A stretch of 63,142 nucleotides of DNA, the filler included, from Octopus bimaculoides (lineage: Eukaryota): assembly GCF_001194135.2 (NCBI RefSeq). It is 6 parts of 6 records of this genome, joined end to end, with 100 filler letters (N's around TTAATTAATTAA, not from the genome) between each part and the next. Parts side by side here need not be neighbours in the genome. Positions count along the whole stretch, not along the records: positions 1 to 17,671 come from NC_068992.1; 5 more parts are not named here. The stretch is one strand, 5' to 3'. This document shows, in pieces, positions 1-12,025 of this stretch. The notes under the pieces were generated by a model. The model ran no database searches. It saw nothing but the letters and a program-made list of their open reading frames with translations, and was not told where the DNA came from. The first letter of the stretch is position 1. Each line of letters begins with the position of its first letter. A program made the translations under genes and the position numbers.

Positions 1-75
1 ATATATATATACGTAATCATACATCGATGATATCCATACATTCATACACACATGCATACATTGTGTGTTAGCACG

Positions 76-121
<46 letters not shown>

Positions 122-244
122 AAGTTTAAAAGTAAAAGAGAAACTGAAAAACAAATAACAAAGGGGCGTAAGTAGAAGTATGTGAGAAGAATGTGAGCGG
201 AATAGATTAGTAGTGAAAGAGAGAGAGGGTGAAGAAAGAAGGGT

Positions 245-282
<38 letters not shown>

Positions 283-583
283 ATAGAGAGCGAAAAGGGA
301 GAGGTGTAAGTGCGAGGGAATTTGAAAGTTGATAATGGTGTGAGGAAGGGATAGGGAGATGGAATGAGTGAATGCAAGAGGGAGGGAGTAAATGGGCGTG
401 TTTATGTGTTCGGTGTCTGAGAGGCGGGAGTGGGGGGAGAATGTGTTAATGTGTTAACATGTGTGTGGGCGTTATGTATGTAGACGTGTGCGTATGCCTA
501 TCTGTGTGTGCGCATGCGCATGTGTATGTGTGAGTGTGCGTACGCGAGCGAGGTGGGAAGTTAAAAGAGTTGTTTGAGCTTAA

Positions 584-735
584 CCAGTGGTTTTCAACCG
601 GGATCCGTATGGCCCTTGAGGGGACATATGAGATTTTTCGGGGTCCATGCAATAAAATAGTAAATTAGGGAGTCACAATAGTATTTTAAGGGCCCTTGAG
701 AAAGCTCTGTTTTAGATGTATGTATTGCAAGGAAG
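584..735 (+). mobile_element. hAT-like MITE, one end
   Basis: Starts CAGTGGTTTTCAACC (hAT/Charlie-type TIR motif); internal sequence resembles the copy at 33757-33880. Confidence 0.5.
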
Positions 736-736
736 T

Positions 737-843
737 GGAGGCGCAATGGCCCAGTGGTTAGGGCAGCGGACTCGCGGTCATAGGATCGCGGTTTCGATTC
801 CCAGACCGGGCGTTCTGAGTGTTTATTGAGTGAAAACACCTAA
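737..843 (+). mobile_element. tRNA-derived SINE family A, 5' part
   Basis: A box TGGCCCAGTGG and B box GTTTCGATTCC; near-identical to the reverse complement of 34580-34684. Confidence 0.85.
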
Positions 844-1344
844 TGTTGGGTGTGTTTATGTCCCCGAATCTTAGCAGTTCGGCAATAGATACCGATAGAA
901 TAAGTACTAGGCTTGCAAAGAATAAGTCCTGGGGTTGATTTCTTCCACTAAAGCTGATGTTCCAGCGTGGCCGCAGTCAAACGACTGAAACGTGTAAAAA
1001 AAAAGATCAAAAGCAAAATTTAAACAAAAAGAAAATTCCCTAAAAGGTATGAGTCCCACCCTAGGCCAAACCAATGACCTCCACACATCCTGGTCACTCC
1101 GACCGCTAAGGACACCCTAGGCAGGCACTTCTCTCCTCATCCCATCCGGCTTATGTTCAGTGTAGGCCCATTTACACAGGAAATCCTCGCCACCTTCATC
1201 CACTCTTCAGCAAAAATACTTGTGGGGTTGAGTGCAGCACTTCCCTCTTCGCCCTCACTTTCCGGTTCAAGTGGAACTTAGAAATGTCAACGAGGCTCTG
1301 GCCGAAGAGGAATGTATCTATCTTCAGTCTTATCAACCTTGTCC

Positions 1345-1579
1345 GGATCTTTTTGGTTTGACGGGCGACACTTGTTTTCTTAACGAAACACTTTCAAACT
1401 TGGGACACTGGTAGAATGTGTCATATAAATCATCTTTTTCTCTTAGCCTAATACAAACATTTTTACCTGTTCTATAATACAAAATATACAAGTATACGAA
1501 GTTTGAAAGTGTTTCGGTACCAAAAACACTACATAAAAACATTAATGAAAAAATGTTACCCGTCAAACCAAAAAGATCC
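1345..1579. mobile_element. Merlin-like MITE
   Basis: 21-bp perfect TIRs GGATCTTTTTGGTTTGACGGG, an inner 18-bp inverted match, and 8-bp TSD CCTTGTCC at 1337-1344 and 1580-1587. Confidence 0.75.
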
Positions 1580-2009
1580 CCTTGTCCACCACACTTCGTC
1601 TTTCGCCGTAGCCCCATCATCAGACAAGCGGAAGGAAAACTGCCTGCCCTTTACGCGGACACTGGACGAGTGCAGGCAGAATGGTAAATAATACTAGCAC
1701 ATGGAATGAGAAAGTGAACTTGAATACAAAGAAAGCAATGCGAATAAATAAAATAAATGGCTGCGAAAGAGAAACGCAAAGATAGAGAGATTATTTAATT
1801 GGATGAGCGTGAAAAAAAATGATGGAGAAGGATTTAAAAAGAAAGAATAATAAATGGTACGAGAGGGTGTCGAGAGAGAGAGTCAAGCTGAGTGAGAGGG
1901 TAAATGAATGGTGACGGGAGATATGGTGAGAGAGATGGTGGGAGGTAAACTAATGTGTGACGGGGAGGTAGAGTTATACCGACCTACCTTTTAGTATTCT
2001 CCTCCTACT

Positions 2010-2600
2010 TTTTGATGTATACTCCACCTACTTTCCACCCTTTACTCTCACTCTCTCATTCCTTTTATTCTTTCTTACTCTCTGTCTCTCGTTGTTTCTC
2101 TCCCCTCTCTCTCTCTCTTTCTCTCTCTCTCTTTCTTTTGCTTTCCGCCCCCTCGCTTTCGTTTCCTTGTTTTGTTTTTCTATCTGTCAACCGTCAATCA
2201 AACTGTTTTTCCCTTTTATTGTTTTTTCTTCCCTTTATCTTTGCACTCCCCCTCTCATTTTTTCTCTCTTTCCCTTTCACTCGCTCTCTCTTTCCCTTTC
2301 ACTCCCTCTGTCTTTCTCTTTCTTTATTATTTTTATCTGTCAATTACTTTTTTTCCATTTATTAGCTTCTTTCTCCCTCGCCCTCCTTTTTATTCTTCTG
2401 TTTTTTTCTCTTTATCCCTCCCCTCTTTACCAACGGATCCTCACTACTTCTCCTCTCTCTCTCTCTCTCTCTTACTCTCCCTGCACTGTTGTGTCTGCGC
2501 TCTCTCATTCCCCTATAATTTCTTTCACTCCCTCATCAATTACACACTCTCTCCCATCAACACTCGCCTCTTACCCCTCCTCTCGCTTTACTTTTCATTA
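2010..2600. repeat. CT-rich low-complexity tract
   Basis: Degenerate (CT)n/poly-pyrimidine; source of several spurious ORFs. Confidence 0.9.
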
Positions 2601-2648
2601 TATAACTTGAGTCGTTTAGTCTAACATGGTAATTTACAATAGTGGAGT

Positions 2649-2700
2649 TACTACTACTACAGCTACTACTACTATTACTACTACTATTACAACTACTACA

Positions 2701-2754
<54 letters not shown>
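2649..2754. repeat. (CTA)n microsatellite
   Basis: About 35 near-perfect CTA units. Confidence 0.97.
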
Positions 2755-2755
<1 letters not shown>

Positions 2756-2782
2756 GCTCCATTCATCAGCTTTCACTATATA

Positions 2783-3174
2783 CAGGGTGTCCCCAAAGTC
2801 ACTGATGGGTTTCAATTCTTAATAACTTCCATAACTTCACAAATAAATGCATGAAATTTTAATACAATATAAAGGACACAATGGAAATTAATATACACAA
2901 GTCAAATTTTGCAATACCACTACATCACATATGAAAAATGGCATCGCTTAAATGGAAGCAATTTTCGGCTTCGCACGCCCGTGCTCTTTCCAAAACTTGC
3001 ACCATAACCCCCTCAAGAGTTTCAGACCCCACTTCTCTGATTTCTCTATTGAAGTTCTCCTTCAGTTACACTAGGGTCTCCGGTTTGTTGAGAGAATAAT
3101 GTCAACTGGCCTTCATGTTCCCCATACTTGACTATTAAAAATTGAAACCCATCACTGACTTTTGGGACACCCTG
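2783..3174 (-). mobile_element. Internally deleted Tc1/mariner element
   Basis: TIRs CAGGGTGTCCC(C)AAAGTCA(C/G)TGATGGGTTTCAATT, TA on the left side; minus strand keeps a transposase-like C-terminus (LKENFNREIREVGSETLEGVMVQVLERARACEAEN..HLSDAIFH). Confidence 0.85.
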
Positions 3175-3547
3175 TGTTTACCTCTGGAATGTTCTTTTCC
3201 AAGACTCAGATCTGAGCAAGTTTTTAATGTAAAGAGTATCGGGAAAACACCGACAAGACAAGGTTTTGTGACGGAAGGGTACACAGTGGAGATTTCAATT
3301 GACCCCCCTATACATGACTAGTACTTTATTCTACCTACCCCCCAGAAGGAGAGCTTCTCTGTGCTCATTCGACCAGCTATAAACCACAGCCAAACCTCCT
3401 TTCTATCGTACCCCGCCACCTTTTGAAAAAGGGATACATGTGTTTAATGAGAGAGCTTGTATGTGTTCTACTAACTGTCAAACACGTTCAATATTGCTCC
3501 CCACCCCTTTTTGCCACACGGCAGACGTCTACAGAATAGTCTAGTTT

Positions 3548-3934
3548 AAGGGTTCTCAACCATTTTATTATCTATGGACCTCTTTAATTACTATTTTACT
3601 TGGGTGGTTCCCGATAGCCTTTCAATGTTTAAAAACTAGTTTTATAGAACCTTTTTCCAGAATTCCTATTGTTTCCTCCCCATTAAATTGTGTAGGTTGA
3701 ACCATGTAAAATGTCAGAAAAAGAAATCTAGCTGTTTCTTGCTATACATACCAATGTATACCAATTCACCTTGGCGCAGGAGTGGCTGTGTGGTAAGTAG
3801 CTTGATTACCAACCACATGGTTCCGGGTTCGGTCCTACTGCGTGGCACCTTGGGCGAGTGTCTTCTGCTATAGCCTCGGGCCGACCAAAGCTTTGTGAGT
3901 GGATTTGGTAGCCGGAAACTGAAAGAAGCCTGTC

Positions 3935-3970
<36 letters not shown>

Positions 3971-4304
3971 TTGTGTCTGTGCTTGTCCCCCCAACATCGC
4001 TTGACAACCGATGCTGGTGTGTTTACGTCCCCGTAACTTAGCGGTTCGGCAAAAGATACCGATAGAATAAGTACTAGGCTTACAAAGAATAAGTCTTGGG
4101 GTCGATTTGCTCGACTAAAGGCGGTGCTCCAGCATGGCCGCAGTCAAATGACTGAAACAAGTAAAAGTAAAAAGAGTAAGAGTATACATCCAAAGTAAAA
4201 TTTTTTTCAGGGGCCCTTAACATATTATTGCGGATCCCCAGTTTACTATTTTGCTGCGTGGACCCAGCCCCAAATCTTACATGGACCCTGGTTGAGAACC
4301 ACTG
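3548..4304. mobile_element. hAT-like MITE interrupted by a SINE
   Basis: Ends AAGGGTTCTCAACC ... GGTTGAGAACCACTG; no clear TSD seen. Confidence 0.6.
3773..4182 (+). mobile_element. tRNA-derived SINE family B, full length
   Basis: Head GGCGCAGGAGTGGCTGTGTGGTAAG..GGTTCGGTCC, CORE-like GTGGCACCTTGGGCGAGTGTCTT, internal (AT)/(GT) tract, tail CCAGCATGGCCGCAGTCAAATGACTGAAACAAGTAAAAG; many copies in the window. Confidence 0.9.
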
Positions 4305-5141
4305 GTGAAGTTCTTGTCACACCCGTGCCAGAATAGCCTGATTTATAGACCCGACCGCGTGGCCTTTCCGCTGCTTTGACTCTTCTGTAAGTCCTGCAAG
4401 TAGGGGTATGAATACCTGGCAAATAGGGTGCTGCACTCACGACCGTAAGACTGTTGGTTCGATTCTTTGACCGGGTGGTACGTTGTGTTTTTGAGCAAAA
4501 ACTGGGAAAGTTCACCCGGCAATGGACCGGCGCTCTGTTCACGAGTGGTGGGACTGTTGTAATCTCTGTTACTTATTCACCTTGGAAACCGAGTTAACCT
4601 CAAACCTCATAAGCCCTAGGGCTGATGAGAAGCCTAAATCCTAAGACAGACTTATCTTAGGCTGACTAAGAGACGAATAGCTAAGCTATGCCTGATTTAT
4701 AGAATGGGATGAGGGTCCATTGGATAAAATAATCCTGGATAGACAATGCCGGATTTACCTATATGCTTGACAGGTTTAAAGCTAAGTTCTCAAAATCCGG
4801 AAGACTTCCAGCCAAGATGTATATATAATTCGAGTCGTAAAAGAGAAGCTGTACAAGGGGAATGTCCCATGACCTCTTTCCATCTAAGTCCAGCACTGCG
4901 AGTCGGAAGTACCACGTACCTAGGGGACACTGTCATGGTTGGACAACCACGGATTCAGATGTATTGTTATAGGATTAAGGTGGTCCACCCCAGGCGACGC
5001 ATTTACGGGGCCGGCGCTTCTGGGGCTCTGCTGTATATTTTGTGGGGCAGAACACACACGAGCAACGCCGCTGCATTGATCGAAGTCTGCTGGAGGAAGG
5101 CTGACCAAGGGTTAAACGACAGCCATAACTCACGCTTTCAA

Positions 5142-6043
5142 CTATAGGCACAAGACCTGAAATTTTGAGGGGAGGGGCTTAGTCAGTTACATCGACCGCA
5201 ATCCTCGAGTGATACTTATTTTATCGACCCTGAAAGGATGAAAGGCAAAGTCACCCTCGGTGGTATTTGAACTCAGAACATAAAGCCAGGAGAAATGTTG
5301 CAAAGCATTTTGTCCGGGATGCTAACGATTCGGTCAATCGTCGCCTTTATGACTACAAAGATATTGGTTTCGAATTTTGCCACAAGGCCAGCAATTTCGA
5401 GGGAGGGGTAAATCGATTACATTGACCACAGTGTTTAACTGATATTTGTTTTATCGATCCCGAAAGGATGAAAGACAAAGTCGGCCTCGGCGGAATTTGA
5501 ACTCAGATCGTAAAGATGCACGAAATGCCGCTATGCATTTTGCTCGGCGTGCTAACGATTCGGCCAACTCGACGCCTTTATGACTACAAAAGGTTTGGTT
5601 TCAAATTATGATACAAGGCCAGCAATTCTAAGGGACAGAGAAATAAGTCGATTTCATGGACTCCAGTACTTGACTGGTACTTATTTTATCGACCCCGAAA
5701 ACATAAAAGCAAACTCGGCCTTGGCGGAATTTGAACCCAGAACGTAAAGAAGGATGAAATGCCGCTAAGCATTTCACCCGACGTGCTAACGGTTCTGCCA
5801 GCTCGCTGCTTTACGACAACAACAATAATGCTTTCTACTAAAGGCACAAGGCCTGGAATTTTGGGAAACGGGGCTAGTCGATTAGATTGGCCCCAGTGCG
5901 TAACCGGTACTTAATTTATCGACTCCGAAAGGATGAAAGGTAAAGTCGACCTCGGCGGAATTTGAACTCAAAACGTAGCGGCAGACGAAATACTGCTTAG
6001 AATTTCGCCCGACGTGCTAACGATTCTGCCAGCTCGCCGCCTT
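5142..6043 (-). mobile_element. Four head-to-tail copies of SINE family C
   Basis: Units of about 210-230 bp, each with GGCGAGCTGGCAGAATCGTTAGCAC..TGAGTTCAAATTCCGCCGAGGTCGACTTTGCCTTTCATCCTTTCGGGGTCGATAA. Confidence 0.88.
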
Positions 6044-7105
6044 AGGACAACAACAATAACAACAACGCGGTAGAAACATTATTCAGGTCAGTTCACATCA
6101 CGTGACTGGGAAATTTCATGTTTTAAACTTTCATATTTATTTTATTTATTTTATACGTTTGTTTGTTTATCTGTTGCATTTTGCAGTCGATAAAAAGCAT
6201 TTGCTTCACCTTTTAACCTAGCAGATGTTTTACTTCTATACATATTGTCTGCAATACACATCATATAATCACACACACTCACACATACATACATACATAC
6301 ATACATACATACACATGGATGGCTATGTCATGTTTACACTTCCACACAGACTCACACACAACCAGACACGTGTTAGTCATTAAACTGCTTCAAACCAACA
6401 TCTGCTGCTACCAGTCGTATGCCAACAACGCCTACAACACCAACAGCACCAAACTTGAAAAGTTATCTCTGTTTTGCTGTACTAAGACAACCATTTAAAA
6501 CACACACACACGCACACACACACACACACAACATACACGCACGCACGCATGACATACACACGCGCTCACGGGTCAGGTAGCAATAATATCAATTTGAAAA
6601 ACGTCCAAAAACGCCAGAACTTGACAAAAATTACAAACATACACCTAGAAAACAATTATGGCCGGAAGGAAGCGCTGCACTCACCAACATCTAGGGCAGA
6701 CATTATTCTGTTATCTTATCAGTTTCAGCCAGAAGCTCTGGCCATGCTGGGACGCCACCATTACAAAATGTGTCTCCCCGAGGTGGGGATGGGAATCGAG
6801 CACTGGTCTCCTATGTGAAAGGCAGGAGTACTTAAGACTATACTATCAAGGGGCAAGATTTTTCGAGAAAATGGCCGCTCGCGACATGTTTCATCATCGG
6901 GCTAATTTTTCGTTGGGCGAGCCATTCAGAAAGTCCCGCGGGTCGCATTTTGCGCATGACTGATCTACAATAAAATTTCTACGAAATCTCCAAAATCTGA
7001 AACGAGAGCAAAATCTTGACAAATCTAACAACAATAGCAATAACAAAACTAAGTGAAATAGCATTTTAGAGTTCCTTCACCTTGTAGACACCTTAATTGG
7101 GTTCA

Positions 7106-7510
7106 GGTGTGGCTGTGTGTTTAAGAAACTCGCTTTGCAGCCACGTAGTCACGGGTTCAATCCCATTACATGGCACCTGGAGCAAATGCCTTCTACTATA
7201 ACCCCTGGGCCGACCAAAACCTTGTGAGTGAATTTGCTAGGTAGAAACTGTGCGGAAGCTTGTCTTAAATTTATGTGCATATGAGTGTGTGTCTTTGTGC
7301 ATGAGTTTGTCTCCACCGACGCTTAACAACCGGTGAGGCTTGTTTTCGTACCTTTAATGCAGCGATTCGGCAAGAGAGTTCAATAGAATAAGTACCATAC
7401 GTTAACAAACTGAAATTAGTATTATGGTCGACTTATTCTTCTAAACCCCTTCAAAAAGGTGCCCCAGCATGGTTACACTCGAATGACTGAAACAAATACA
7501 CAACAAGGAT
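7106..7510 (+). mobile_element. SINE family B, diverged
   Basis: Collinear similarity to 3773-4182. Confidence 0.75.
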
Positions 7511-7866
7511 AACAGACAGAAGATACACAAGTCATTCAAACTACTGTTGATGTCAACAAAGTTTTCCGACGCCATTCATTACGACAAAATAAGTAACAAC
7601 GTCAGAAGACACTCAACGAGCTAATTAGCAACATGACCCTCCCAAGATCACAACTTTATGTTGTTTCCAGTTAGAAAACCTTTGAGATTTAGTATTTCTC
7701 GACTGGAGTGCCACAAGGATCTGTCTTCTCATTCATTGATTGAAAATTATATCTACACGCGCAATGGGATAATTTGGTTTCGGCTGTTTTGATGTTGATT
7801 ATTTGACGCGGCTGGTTGGGCGTTCAGACTGTCTTGACGACAAAAGTACGTTTTGGTACTGGAGGC

Positions 7867-7900
<34 letters not shown>

Positions 7901-8103
7901 TGCTTACGCAGAAATATACATATGCAGATCGAGTGGGGGCGGGAGTTGACGTTACCAGCGAGAACTGTAATGTCGTTGACGTCATAAGAATGTAGAAACT
8001 TCGAGAGAATGTGGGATGATACTTTTTTGGAACGATGAATCTCGAAGCAAATCGAGCTTTAAATCGTAGCGTATGAATTTGGGTTAAAACCCCCTTGTTA
8101 AAC

Positions 8104-8172
8104 GCTGCCAGTGAGACTCTAACCCACTCTCCTGTAAACAAGACAGACGTTCTACCCTTGGACCAAAGCAAT
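8104..8172 (-). pseudogene. Degenerate tRNA-like sequence (Thr-TGT-like) or SINE head
   Basis: TTGGTCCAAGGGTAG (A-box-like), CTTGTTTAC loop, GGTTAGAGTCTC (B-box-like); acceptor stem mismatched. Confidence 0.35.
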
Positions 8173-8346
8173 CCTTCAAATTCCGAACACGGGACCATGT
8201 AATTGAGATGCAGACTTCTTACGACATAGACAACCCTGCGCCTATATATATACAATGTGAGTATATATGTATACTTGTGTGTGCATACGTGCATGCGTGC
8301 GCGTGTGCGTGTGTATGCGCGTGAAACAGAAAGAGTAGAAATGGGT

Positions 8347-8462
<116 letters not shown>

Positions 8463-9010
8463 AACTAAAAAAAAACAGAGAAAAGAAAAGACAAACGAAT
8501 GTGTGGACGTATCACAAACAATGTATTAATAAGACGCACAGAGAAAGAAAAGAGTAGTAGCTTTACGTTTCGAGCATAGCTCTTCTTCATAAACAGAAAA
8601 GACAGGAAAATCCAAGACAAAGGATGGAAAAAAATTGCCAAACTTCACGTGCGGTTACATTTTTGAAGTTCAGGATTCAAATGAATCAAGTTTTCTTCTC
8701 TAGGTTCTCATCAGTAATAAACGGAACAGGATATATTTTGTTGGGCTATCGATTACGGGTTAAATGTATGTATGTGTGTGTGTGTGTGTGTATTGTTTTA
8801 TTCTTTTACTTGTTTTTGCCATTTGACTGCGGCCATGCTGGAACACAGATCTATCCTTTGTAAGCCTACTACTTATTCTATCTGTCTCTTTTGGGATGGT
8901 GGGGACACAAACGGAGACACACACGCACACATAAACATATACATATACGACGGGCTTCTTCAGTTTGCCCCCCCCCCCAAAAAAAATTAACCACTACGCC
9001 ATATGCCCGT

Positions 9011-9123
9011 GGGCATATGGCGTAGTGGTTAAGAGCCAGGGCTACTAACCCCAGGATTCCGAGTTCGATTCCCAGCAGTGACCAGAACAATAATAATAAT
9101 AATAATAATAACAGTCTCTGTGT
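9011..9123 (+). mobile_element. tRNA-derived SINE head with (AAT)n run
   Basis: A box TGGCGTAGTGG, B box GAGTTCGATTCC, followed by (AAT)n. Confidence 0.7.
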
Positions 9124-9166
9124 GAAAAGCATTAATCAGCAGCAAAATATTATGTGCTTACTCCGG

Positions 9167-9199
<33 letters not shown>

Positions 9200-9332
9200 A
9201 AAACTTACTTGCAAATATATATATATATACCGGAGTAAGCACATGAAATGTGCAACAAGGTGGAAAAAAGAGTACTCAAATACCAGAGGTGGAGTAATAT
9301 GCTTTATTTAAAAGCAGCAGAAATATAACAAA

Positions 9333-9378
9333 AAAACTGTTACTTGGAGTTTCACGTTCCCGTTCATCGGACAGTTTT
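9333..9378 (-). ncRNA. Minimal type I hammerhead ribozyme motif (core variant CCGAUGA)
   Basis: AAAACUGU-CCGAUGA-ACG GGAA CGU-GAAA-CU CCA AG-UA-ACAGUUUU: 8-bp helix I, 3-bp helix II, 3-bp helix III, GUA cleavage triplet. Confidence 0.65.
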
Positions 9379-9519
9379 GTTAGAAACTAACAAAACTGTC
9401 CGANNNNNNNNNNNNNNNNNNNNNNNNNNNNNNNNNNNNNNNNNNNNNNNNNNNNNNNNNNNNNNNNNNNNNNNNNNNNNNNNNNNNNNNNNNNNNNNNN
9501 NNNNNNNNNNNNNNNNNNN

Positions 9520-9563
<44 letters not shown>

Positions 9564-10232
9564 AATGCTGCATAACAATATACAGCTGAATATATGTGTG
9601 TGCGTGTGTGCATGTGAATGCATATGTGCATATACGTGTTTCGGTAATACAATGTACAGGGCATTTGTCAACTTTGGTAATCTTTATTAGAAACGACCCA
9701 AGGAAAGACAAACCAGCACACACACACACACACACACTCATCCACACAAAGAGACAGACTTCGCTAGGGGTAGATGGTAGATGCGGAACACTGGGTGTAG
9801 AGGGTGAGTAAGGAGAAGATGAAATAGTTGAGTTCATCCTGGTGATATACAAATTAATGGCTAGCTTTGTTCAGTTAATTAGAGTTGCTATTAATACAAC
9901 TTCGTAATCATTCTAATCAGGACTTTAAAAGTAGCTTAGCAATCACTGGAGCTTCTAATGAAAACTGATATCTTCTACGGCTATAGCGGATATCACTAAT
10001 CTACTGTTACTAATCCGTCAACAGATGGCGTTGTTGGTATTTCTATGGGAGAAGAAGAAATTAAGCCGATATCTGCCAATCAGAGTGTGTATGAGATGTG
10101 TGTGTGTCTATGTCATTGTGGTACGTTGTAGATATGTGCATATGTGTGTGAGAGAGAGTGTATGTATGTATGTATGTATGTATGTATGTTTGTATGTATT
10201 TAAGTATACATATGTGTGTGTATATATATATC

Positions 10233-10278
<46 letters not shown>

Positions 10279-10527
10279 ATATATATAATATATATATATA
10301 CACATACACACATATATATATGTATATATGTATATATATGTGTGGTGTGCCTAGTTTAGAATAGAGGCAGCTGATGAAGAATTAATCCAAGTGGCTATTT
10401 GTTTTTCTATGTGTTCGTTCCGTTGTCTGTAGTTCATTTTTCTAACGTCCTGTACCCAAATATGCATCTATATACACATGTAGATGTATGTACATATATG
10501 TGTGTATACATGCTTATATATCCATTG

Positions 10528-10574
<47 letters not shown>

Positions 10575-11879
10575 TATATGGGTACAAGACATCACCAATT
10601 GTGTAAACAACATGAAGTACGAAAACAAGCGAGTTAAATACGCAAACAACGAGAGAAAAATTGAAAATAGGACAAGTAACATAGAGAACGACCTTTCATC
10701 AGTTGTTGGCTGTCTATCTACTCCTCATCTCGAGCCTTCAACAACAATATGAGTCTTCGGAAACAGTTGCTCCCATAAATACCAAAATAGAATTTTGGAT
10801 TTATGGAGAGTCAAAGTTGGGAACAAAAACAGGACGGTGGAGACATACAACGAAACGAAAACAAACATGGAGTGTCGTTAGACCAGGACGAGAGGAAAAT
10901 GGTGAACGCTGGGAGAAATATTTTCTTAGGAAAGAGAAAAGATAGAAGAGAGAGATAGAAGACGTCCAGTCCTTAGCGGAGCAGTAAAAGTATGCAAGAC
11001 TTTTCTCAAGGTCAAAATGTGGCTTTTTGGGGGTTTTTTTTTTTTTGCTATTTATATCCCAGCAATGGGTCTTTGTAACTCTCTCAGAAACCAGTTCCTT
11101 CCTTATAGGAAGAATTCAAATTATTAAAAAATTAGAGAGAACATATCAGTACATACAAACAGACACACAGACAGACGAACGGACAGACAGATATTTGTGG
11201 CATATTTCCATTTTTCCATTACACCCTTTAGTAGGTGCAAACATAACAGACCTGAAAGAGTTATTTGCGACAGAAAAGTAAGTGACGCACTGACATAGCA
11301 GTTAGCTGCCTTCTACAACTGCGTCGAAATTTGTACGTCCTCTACTCTGATAATAAATTTGCATTTCTACCAATGATTATTGGTGCACGTGGGTTTGTTT
11401 ATGAATATATAAAGGACAATTTTATGAGAACTCTAATAAAAACAATAAAGCCATACATATATGAACGAGCCCAAATAGTTCAAGGCGATGCTCCAGCATG
11501 GCCGCAGTCAAATGACTGAAACAAGTAAAAGAATAAAAGAATAAATATACATGCATACATACGCTAATACATGCATACGTATATATATGCATATGCACGC
11601 ACACACATGCTTACATACACACATACATGCAGACAGATACACATTCATACACACACACACACATACATACAGAAAAACAGACAGACAGACAGACACACAC
11701 ACACATACGTTCATGCATGTATTCACACACACACGTTCCGTTCACATCACAGCTATTCCAAAGAACTGTATTTTTTATGGTTCAACAATAATAAATTGTA
11801 TATCTTTCTCCTAAACTTCCGCCATAGTTTTACTAAACCGGAAGCTAGCCTGTCTCCGCTCAATGGTAAAACAAACAGG

Positions 11880-12025
11880 CTAAATTCATTTCTATAGCTG
11901 AGTGCACTGGAGCAACCTGAAGTGAAGTGTCTTGCTCAAGAACATAATGGATTGCCTGATGCAGGGATTGAAACCACAATCTTACGATCGTGAGTCCAAC
12001 AGTCTAACGACTGAGTCATGCACCT
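11880..12025 (-). mobile_element. tRNA-headed SINE with CORE-like segment
   Basis: Minus strand GACTCAGTCGTTAGAC..GGTTTCAATCCC..TTCTTGAGCAAGACACTT. Confidence 0.6.

Noticed and set aside
737-812. Functional tRNA genes (also 9011-9085, 8104-8172)
   Set aside because: A and B boxes are present but the cloverleaf stems are broken and the sequences run into SINE bodies or tails
4622-4680. CTGATGA followed by a stem as a hammerhead
   Set aside because: No GAAA after the stem and no helix I or III pairing
5142-6043. CRISPR-like array
   Set aside because: Units are about 220-bp diverged SINEs in a eukaryotic context, with no short repeat/unique spacer structure and no cas genes
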